Both the position numbers and the translations under genes were made by a program. The notes under the pieces were generated by a model. The model was not told the origin of the DNA and ran no database searches. It saw only the letters and a program-made list of their open reading frames with translations. Positions 57,647-64,000 of a DNA stretch of 64,000 nt are shown here, piece after piece. How positions within the stretch are numbered: position 1 is the stretch's first letter; each line of letters starts with the position of its first letter. This DNA is from an uncultured delta proteobacterium (lineage in GTDB: Bacteria; Myxococcota_A; Polyangia; Haliangiales; Haliangiaceae), in NCBI GenBank assembly GCA_963848295.1, contig CAWKDB010000011.1, positions 192,001 to 256,000 of the forward strand, given 5' to 3'.

Positions 57647-57784
57647 ATGGGACGCGGAGACAATCGTCGGACCTGGAAGATGCGGCGCAAGAAGCGCCAG
57701 ACCAAGCTGAAGGCGCGCACGAAGCGGCACATCGCCGTGGGCAAAGCCGCGAAGAAGCCACCCGAGAAGAAGAAGAAGGGTTAG
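57647..57784 (+). CDS. Small very basic protein (45 aa)
   Basis: AAGGAG SD 6 nt before ATG; upstream TGcTACAAG -10-like element; [45 protein letters not shown]. Confidence 0.75.
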   Translation: MGRGDNRRTWKMRRKKRQTKLKARTKRHIAVGKAAKKPPEKKKKG

Positions 57785-57831
57785 CGCTCCGCCGCTCGCG
57801 AGAGTCCGCGGTCCGGGCTACGCTCCGCGCA

Positions 57832-58308
57832 GTGACGCCCGAGCAGACTCGCTGCGTGATGACGCAGATCGTGATGCCGATGCACACCAACGGTGCCGCC
57901 GGCGTCATGTTCGGCGGGATCATGATGCAGTGGATCGACGTGTGCGCCGCGATCTCCGCGATGCGCCACGCGAGCGGCCAGGTGCTCACCGCCGCGATCG
58001 ATCGCCTCGACTTCTTGTCGCCGGTCCATGTCGGCGAGGTCGTCGTGCTGCAAGCGCAGGTCAACTACACCTCGAAGACCTCGATGGAGGTCGGCTGTCG
58101 CGTCGAGACAGAGGACATGCGGTCTGCGACCCGGCGTTACGTCACGAAGGCGTACTTGACGTTCGTGGCGACCGACGAGATCGGCCGGCCGCGCAAGATC
58201 CCCGCGATCACGCTCGCGAGCGACGAGGATCGCCGGCGCCACGGCGAAGCGGAGGCCCGCCGGCGCGAACGCCTGCGCGCTGCCGGTCGGCTTGGAGACT
58301 CACCATGA
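57832..58308 (+). CDS. Acyl-CoA thioesterase (hotdog fold)
   Basis: [47 protein letters not shown]. Confidence 0.92.
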   Translation: MTPEQTRCVMTQIVMPMHTNGAAGVMFGGIMMQWIDVCAAISAMRHASGQVLTAAIDRLDFLSPVHVGEVVVLQAQVNYTSKTSMEVGCRVETEDMRSATRRYVTKAYLTFVATDEIGRPRKIPAITLASDEDRRRHGEAEARRRERLRAAGRLGDSP

Positions 58309-59123
58309 TCGATCGCACCGCAATGCCCTCTGGCGACGCCGCCGGCGCGGCGCAAGCACGGACCGTCGACCGCAGCGACTGGGGCCGGCTGCGGTTGACC
58401 GGCGGCGATCGCCAGCGCTTTCTCCAAGGGTTGACGACGATCAACGTCGACGCGCTCGCCGACGGCGCCCATGGCTGGGGCGCGATCCTGTCGCCGAAGG
58501 GTCGCGTGCTCGCCGTGATCGACGTGGCACGCCAAGCGGACGCGTTCGTCGTGAGCTGCGAGCCGGCGATCGCGGACAAGACGCGCGCGCTGCTCGAACG
58601 CTACGCGGTGATGGACGAGGTCTCGTTCGAGCCCCTCGCCGGTCCCGCGCACCAGGCGTGGACCGACGCGCCCTCGGTGTGGACCGCGCCGATCATCGGC
58701 GCCGCAGGACCCGGTGCGCTCGGCGATGGCGATCCGGCGATCGACCGCCTGCGCATTCACGCCGGGTTCATGCGCTACGGGGTCGATGTCGACGAGGACC
58801 ACTTCCCGTTCGAGACCCCGCTCGTCGGCTTCCTCGACTACGGCAAGGGCTGTTACGTCGGCCAAGAACCGGTGTTTCGCGTCCACGCGCAAGGCAACGC
58901 CGCGCGCGCGCTGCGCGGGTTCGCGATCGAAGGTGCAGGCACGATCGCGGCCGGTACGCCGATCAAGCACGCGACGCGTGACAACGCCGGTGTCGTGACC
59001 TCGGCGATCGGCGACGGCGATCGCACGATCGCACTCGGCTACTTGCACCGCACGTGCTGGGACGTCGGAGGAACCGTCGAGATCGACGGGCGCACCGCGA
59101 TCGTCCAGGCGCTGCCGTGGTGA
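58305..59123 (+). CDS. ygfZ: Folate-binding YgfZ/GcvT family protein
   Basis: [22 protein letters not shown], signature KGCYVGQE. Confidence 0.88.
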   Translation: MIDRTAMPSGDAAGAAQARTVDRSDWGRLRLTGGDRQRFLQGLTTINVDALADGAHGWGAILSPKGRVLAVIDVARQADAFVVSCEPAIADKTRALLERYAVMDEVSFEPLAGPAHQAWTDAPSVWTAPIIGAAGPGALGDGDPAIDRLRIHAGFMRYGVDVDEDHFPFETPLVGFLDYGKGCYVGQEPVFRVHAQGNAARALRGFAIEGAGTIAAGTPIKHATRDNAGVVTSAIGDGDRTIALGYLHRTCWDVGGTVEIDGRTAIVQALPW

Positions 59124-60403
59124 GACTGGCGGTGCTGGCGTTGCTCGCCGGCTGCAGCTACCTGACGAGCAGCTTCGTCGACAACGATTTCTCCGGCGAC
59201 TCGTTTCCGATCGCGGTCGACACCTCGAGCGGCGCGCTGATGATCGGTGTGCGCACCGATGGCGCGGCGGATCGCATCGGCGTGCTCGACGTGCTGTCGC
59301 CGATCACGGTGTTCGACAACGGGATCGATGCCACGCCGTCGATCTCGAATCCCGATCGCGTCACGCTGCTCGGCGAGGACGCCTCGGGAGCGCTCACCAT
59401 CCCGCGCGCGTCGCTGCAACAACCGCAAGTGGTCTCGTTGCATCCGTGCGCGGCGGATGACTGCGTGGTCGGAACGCCGTCCGCGCCGGTCGAGTTCGGC
59501 GCGCTGATCGGAGATGACGCGTTCGGCGGGGACGCGCTGCGCCTGCACCTGGCCGAGAGCCAGATCTTCGTCCTGCCGGACATCGCCGGCGACTCCGAGC
59601 ACCGCTCGTACGCGTGCGACGGCGTGTTCGGCGGCGACTCGAGCACGACCCCGTTTCGCGGCGGCGGTACGCTCGTGCTCGGCGGCACCGAGGTCGACTT
59701 CACGAACTGGCGGATCACGATCGACGCCTGTCTGTCGCCGAACCCGAGCGCAGCGCTGCAGAGCGATCGCGGCACCGACGTGCTGCTCGTCGCGTCGACC
59801 GCGCTCGGCGTATCGCTGCTCGACGAATCCGCGTACGCGCGCTACCTCGAGAGTCATCCGACCGCGCCACCGCTCGACACGCTGCCGATGGACTCGGTCA
59901 ACCTGCCGTCCGGTCCGGTGACCGGACATCGCACGTCGATCTCGACGCTCGCACTGGTCGCGAACTCGTCGAGCGAGCCGCGCTCGCCATGCCGCCAGGT
60001 CTACGCGCACCACCTGCTCGAGCTCCGTGACTGCAAGCCCAGCGATGACTGCCCGTGCACGGTCAACGACCCCGACGACAACCACCACTTCTGCACCGTG
60101 CCCGCGATCACCGAGATCGGCCCCGCCGCCGGCATCGACTTTCTGATCATCCCGGACGACGATCCGACGCTTCAAGCGCTGACCACCGAGCTCGAGCCCG
60201 ATCAGCCGATCGTCGACGGCATCCTCGCGAACGGGGCAATTCACGACACCGACGTCGATATCGATTACCAGCACGATCGCCTGCTGATGCGCTGCGCGGA
60301 CCCCTCGGCGCCGACCTGCAAGATCCGGCCGGAGATCGTGCGCGCCGCGGATCGCGTCGAGGTCAACGCCTGCATCGGCCATACGCCCGGCCCCGTACGC
60401 TAG
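59120..60403 (+). CDS. Lipoprotein with a degenerate two-lobed aspartic-protease-like pattern
   Basis: Lipobox LAGC; VLDVLSPITV, GALIGDDAF, LLVASTALGVSLL, VDGILANG...VDIDYQHDRL. Confidence 0.65.
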   Translation: MRLAVLALLAGCSYLTSSFVDNDFSGDSFPIAVDTSSGALMIGVRTDGAADRIGVLDVLSPITVFDNGIDATPSISNPDRVTLLGEDASGALTIPRASLQQPQVVSLHPCAADDCVVGTPSAPVEFGALIGDDAFGGDALRLHLAESQIFVLPDIAGDSEHRSYACDGVFGGDSSTTPFRGGGTLVLGGTEVDFTNWRITIDACLSPNPSAALQSDRGTDVLLVASTALGVSLLDESAYARYLESHPTAPPLDTLPMDSVNLPSGPVTGHRTSISTLALVANSSSEPRSPCRQVYAHHLLELRDCKPSDDCPCTVNDPDDNHHFCTVPAITEIGPAAGIDFLIIPDDDPTLQALTTELEPDQPIVDGILANGAIHDTDVDIDYQHDRLLMRCADPSAPTCKIRPEIVRAADRVEVNACIGHTPGPVR

Positions 60404-60500
60404 GAGCGACTCGAGGGCATCACCGAGACCGCGGTGCCCGGTGAGAGGCTGACAGCCGGCTTCGGTCGACACGCCGGCGCCGCGGAGGTCTGCTGCCGCG

Positions 60501-61697
60501 ATGCTGAACGCTCGAACCGTCGCGCTCGCCGTCCTCGTCGCGGGCTGCGGTGACAACCTCGCCACCCCTCCCGATGCCGCCAGCCCGGACGCCCCGATGG
60601 CCGACGCGCCGTGGGCACCTGCCGCGCACTACGCGCAGCCACAGGGTACGACGCTCGGTGGGCCGACGCTATCGGCGCCGAACGTCGTCCCGATCTTCTT
60701 CACCGGCGACAGCGACATGCAGGGCCAGATCGAGCGCTTCCTCGCTGCCCTACCCGGCTCGCCATACTGGAGCGCGACGACGAGCGAATACGCGGTCGGC
60801 GACATCACGATCCAGCCGAGCATCGTGTCGAGCGACCCACCGCCGACGACCGACGACGCGTTGCAGGCGTGGATCGTCCAGAACAGCGATGGCCTGCACG
60901 ACTGGCCGGCGAACACGCCGAACACGATCTACACGGTGTTCTTGCCCGATGGCGTGACGCTCTCGACGCCGTTCGGCGCCAGCTGCTCGTCCTTCGGCGG
61001 GTACCACGACGAGACCCAGGTCGGCGCGGTGGTCTACGCGCTGCTGCCGCGCTGTCGTGCGGGCGTGCTCGACTCGATCACGCCGGCGATCAGCCACGAG
61101 CTGGTCGAGGCGTCGACCGATCCATTTCCCGAGACGATGGGAGCGTATCAAGACACCGATGCGGCGCACGCGATCTGGAGCCTGATCCCGGGCGGCGAGC
61201 TCGGCGACATGTGCGAGTTCGTCGACAGCGCGTTCGATCGTTCCCTCGGCAGCTACCTCGTGCAACGCACCTGGTCGAACGCGGCCGCGGCCGCCGGCCA
61301 TGACCCGTGCGTGCCGCAAGACCCCGCGACGGCGTATCGCGGCGCGGTGCCGCTGCTCACCGATCACCTGCCGTTCTTCGATGAAGTCGGCAACTCGGTG
61401 ACGACCGACGGCGTCGCGGTCGCGACCGGGACATCGCGGACCGTCGAGGTCGATCTATTTTCCGATCTGCCCACCGACCTGTGGCAGGTCGAGGCGATCG
61501 ATGTGGCTTCGATGTTCGAGGGCAGCGCGGCCGAGCTGCAACTGTCGCTCGATCACAACGCCGGCAAGAACGGCGACAAGCTGCAGCTGACGATCCACCG
61601 GATCAAGGCTGGCCAGGAGGGCGGCAGCGTCGCGCTGATCGAGTCGTTCATCGGTGGCAACACGGTGAGCGAATACTGGGTGTGGGTGAGTAACTAG
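60501..61697 (+). CDS. Lipoprotein with a Phi-1/EXORDIUM-like or zincin-like HELxE motif
   Basis: Lipobox VAGC; FGGYHDE, ISHELVEASTDP, GELGDMC, VQRTWSN. Confidence 0.7.
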   Translation: MLNARTVALAVLVAGCGDNLATPPDAASPDAPMADAPWAPAAHYAQPQGTTLGGPTLSAPNVVPIFFTGDSDMQGQIERFLAALPGSPYWSATTSEYAVGDITIQPSIVSSDPPPTTDDALQAWIVQNSDGLHDWPANTPNTIYTVFLPDGVTLSTPFGASCSSFGGYHDETQVGAVVYALLPRCRAGVLDSITPAISHELVEASTDPFPETMGAYQDTDAAHAIWSLIPGGELGDMCEFVDSAFDRSLGSYLVQRTWSNAAAAAGHDPCVPQDPATAYRGAVPLLTDHLPFFDEVGNSVTTDGVAVATGTSRTVEVDLFSDLPTDLWQVEAIDVASMFEGSAAELQLSLDHNAGKNGDKLQLTIHRIKAGQEGGSVALIESFIGGNTVSEYWVWVSN

Positions 61698-61699
61698 AC

Positions 61700-62383
61700 T
61701 CAGTCGCTGAGCACGTCGGCGGGCGTGCCGGTCTTGACGATGCCGCCGCGCTCGATCCGCACGACGCGATCGGCGAGCACCTTTGCCTCGCGCTCGGAGT
61801 GCGTGACGTAGATGACCGGGACCGCGAGCTCGGCCGCGAGATCCTTGACGAGCGCGGCGAGCTGGCCCCGCAGGTCGCGATCGAGTGCCGAGAGCGGCTC
61901 GTCGAGCAGCATCAGCTTCGGCGACCGAGCAATCGCGCGAGCGAGTGCGACGCGCTGCGCTTCGCCACCCGACAGCGTGCCCGGCTTGCGATCGGCGAGC
62001 TGGGCCGTGCCGACGCGCTCGAGCAGCGCCCTCGCCTTCTGAGACCGCGCCGCTCGGGGCAGCTCCGCCATGCCGTACTCGACGTTCTCCGAGGCCGTGA
62101 GGTGCGGAAATAGCGCGAGTCCCTGGAACACGAACGCGAGCGGCCGCGCGTGGACGGGCACGTCGATCTTGCGAGCCGCATCGAACCACAGCTCGTCGCC
62201 GAGCGCGATCCGTCCGCGATCCGGCCGGAGGAGGCCCGCGAGCAACGCGAGCAGCGTGCTCTTGCCTGCGCCCGACGGGCCCATGATGCACGTGATGCCC
62301 GGGGGACACGTGAGCTCGAGATCGAGCACGAACCCGTCGGTGCGCGCGAGTGCGACGGTGGCCGTCAACGCCGCGCTAGCCAC
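61700..62383 (-). CDS. modC: Molybdate-type ABC transporter ATPase (short, no TOBE domain)
   Basis: GPSGAGKST, VFQGLALFPHL, LSGGEAQRV, LLDEP, YVTH. Confidence 0.85.
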   Translation of the reverse strand: MASAALTATVALARTDGFVLDLELTCPPGITCIMGPSGAGKSTLLALLAGLLRPDRGRIALGDELWFDAARKIDVPVHARPLAFVFQGLALFPHLTASENVEYGMAELPRAARSQKARALLERVGTAQLADRKPGTLSGGEAQRVALARAIARSPKLMLLDEPLSALDRDLRGQLAALVKDLAAELAVPVIYVTHSEREAKVLADRVVRIERGGIVKTGTPADVLSD

Positions 62384-63059
62384 GGCGATGCAGCCGCCTC
62401 GTCATGCGGTTCGCGAGGTAGAGCAGCAGCACGCCGACGACCGTCATCGCGATCGCCATCGTGAACGCGTTGTGCTCGTGATGCGGCGTGATGTATTCGC
62501 CGTAGACATAGATCGAAGCGGTGCTCGCGTCGTGGATGCCGACGCCATCGACGCGCGAGCCCGCGACCATCATCGTGATGCCGTAGTCGCCGAGCGAGCG
62601 CGCGAACCCGAGCATCGCCCCGGCGACGATCCCCGGCGCGGCGAGCGGCAACGTGATCGTCATCAACACCCGGCCCGGCGCGGCACCGAGCGTGCGAGCC
62701 GCGGCGACGAGCTTGCCGTCGACCGCGTCGAGCCCGACCCGGATCGCGCGCACGACCAGCGGCAACGAGCCGACGGTCGCCGCGATCACCGCACCGGTGA
62801 ACGTGAACGCGATCGGCTCGCCGAACACGCTCTCCCACGCGCGACCGACGGCGCTATCCGGCCCGAGCGACACGAGCAAGTAATAGCCGAGCACGGTCGG
62901 CGGCAAGACGAGCGGCGCCGACACGATCGCATCGAGCAAGTGCCGGCCTGGCAGCTTCGGCGAACCGAGCGCGAGCGCGAGCACGGTGCCGAGCACGACC
63001 GCGACGATCGTCGCGATCGTCGCGATCTGCAGCGAGAGTGCGAGGGGCGCCCAGGTCAA
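62376..63059 (-). CDS. modB: Molybdate ABC transporter permease
   Basis: PLALSLQIA, PLVLPPTVLGYYLL, AARTLGA, FARSLGDYGITMMVAG. Confidence 0.88.
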   Translation of the reverse strand: MTWAPLALSLQIATIATIVAVVLGTVLALALGSPKLPGRHLLDAIVSAPLVLPPTVLGYYLLVSLGPDSAVGRAWESVFGEPIAFTFTGAVIAATVGSLPLVVRAIRVGLDAVDGKLVAAARTLGAAPGRVLMTITLPLAAPGIVAGAMLGFARSLGDYGITMMVAGSRVDGVGIHDASTASIYVYGEYITPHHEHNAFTMAIAMTVVGVLLLYLANRMTRRLHRRG

Positions 63060-63068
63060 AGGTGACGT

Positions 63069-63884
63069 CTACTCGATCGCGGGATTCTTCGGGATCCGCA
63101 CGACGAAGACCGCGCCGAGGTCGCCGCGGGTCTCGACGTGGATCGTGCCGCCGTGCGCTTCGATCGCGAGCTTGCAGAAGTAGAGGCCGAGGCCGCGATT
63201 CGCGCGCGCCGAAGCGCGCCGGCGCTCGACCTGGAAGTAGCGGCCGAAGATCCGATCGCGCTCCGCTTCGGGGACCGGCGGACCGTTGTTGCCGATCGCG
63301 ACCTCGAGCGAGGCGCCCGCGACGCTCGCAGCTTGCCCTCGAACGTCAGCGCTCCCGGGTGGCGGTGCGGGTGTGATGAACCGCGCGCCGATCGCACACC
63401 GGCCACCGCGCGGCGCGTAGCGCGTCGCATTGTCCAACAGATTTTCGATCACGCGGCCGAACAGCTCGCGATCGACGTTGACCAGCATGTCGGGGTCGAC
63501 CTCGACGTCGCAACCGAGCTGGCGGACCTCGAAGTGTGGGCGGGCGCCGGCGCGAGCGCGATCGACCAGCTCGATCAGTCGGACCGGCTGGATGTTCGCG
63601 TGCAAGATGCCGTCCTCGAGCTCGTCGACATCGAGGATCGTCGAGACCAGGCCGAGCGCCTTGCCGAGCAGCGTCGTCGCGTCGTCGATGTAGCCGTTCG
63701 CCTGCTTGGCGTCGGGATAGCTCGAGATCTCCTCGCGGAGCAGCTCGAGGTAGCCCTGGATCGCCGACAACGGGCTGCGCAGATCGTGGACGACGAGCGC
63801 GGCGAGCACGCGCTTCTTCTCGCGCAGCTCGCGCGCCGAGTCGCTCTCGTCCTGCGTATCCGCGCGCTTGACGCCAGCGGTCAC
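63069..63884 (-). CDS. Sensorless histidine kinase (HisKA + HATPase)
   Basis: VHDLRSPL, ENLLDNATRY, NNGPPVP, IFGRY, GLGLYFC, HGG. Only about 30 aa precede the H-box. Confidence 0.9.
   Translation of the reverse strand: MTAGVKRADTQDESDSARELREKKRVLAALVVHDLRSPLSAIQGYLELLREEISSYPDAKQANGYIDDATTLLGKALGLVSTILDVDELEDGILHANIQPVRLIELVDRARAGARPHFEVRQLGCDVEVDPDMLVNVDRELFGRVIENLLDNATRYAPRGGRCAIGARFITPAPPPGSADVRGQAASVAGASLEVAIGNNGPPVPEAERDRIFGRYFQVERRRASARANRGLGLYFCKLAIEAHGGTIHVETRGDLGAVFVVRIPKNPAIE
63328..63370 (+). repeat. Degenerate copy of the intragenic palindromic element
   Basis: 32/43 ungapped identity to 42714-42756. Encodes PAPPPGSADVRGQAA within an HATPase loop. Confidence 0.65.
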
Positions 63885-64000
63885 CTAGCCGACCACCTTG
63901 TTGCGGCCGCCTTCTTTCGCCGCGAACAGATTGGTATCGGCACTCTTGATGAACTCGAGGGCGTCCTCGACGTCGCCTTTGAGCGCGGCGACCCCGATAG
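63885..64000 (-). CDS. GGDEF diguanylate cyclase, C-terminal end (partial)
   Basis: Hand translation IGVAALKGDVEDALEFIKSADTNLFAAKEGGRNKVVG*. Confidence 0.85.
   Translation of the reverse strand, partial: IGVAALKGDVEDALEFIKSADTNLFAAKEGGRNKVVG

Overview
High-GC, gene-dense chromosomal window from a myxobacterium (Myxococcota; gene content suggests Haliangiales/Kofleriaceae-like, which is inference). It holds an acyl-CoA metabolism operon (thiolase, hbd, crotonase, two acyl-CoA dehydrogenases, a B12-binding mutase subunit) interleaved with AgmX/PglI-type envelope proteins. It also holds a cysteine desulfurase, cmk-rpsA-lapA...lapB, a MoxR/DUF58/DUF4350 module, smc, ftsY, a pair of myxobacterial OM beta-barrels, a TamB-TamA/BamA-like pair, ygfZ, modBC and a sensorless histidine kinase next to a GGDEF gene. 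I saw no rRNA, tRNA, CRISPR array, transposase or prophage. About a dozen single-base indels in two zones (6.0-8.0 kb and 27.5-29.8 kb) look like sequencing errors. The most notable observations are these. (1) A family of ~45-57 bp palindromic elements sits in-frame inside three unrelated protein-coding genes (4 copies, read on both strands), and an unrelated hairpin insert sits in the thiolase. (2) The 3' end of the cysteine desulfurase gene is duplicated with mostly synonymous changes. (3) A 37-bp tandem array is built from the 3' ends of two convergent genes. (4) A 45-aa very basic protein has a THX-like MGRGD start. (5) Many genes have a leaderless-type promoter layout. All assignments are from motif reading by eye; no database searches were run.
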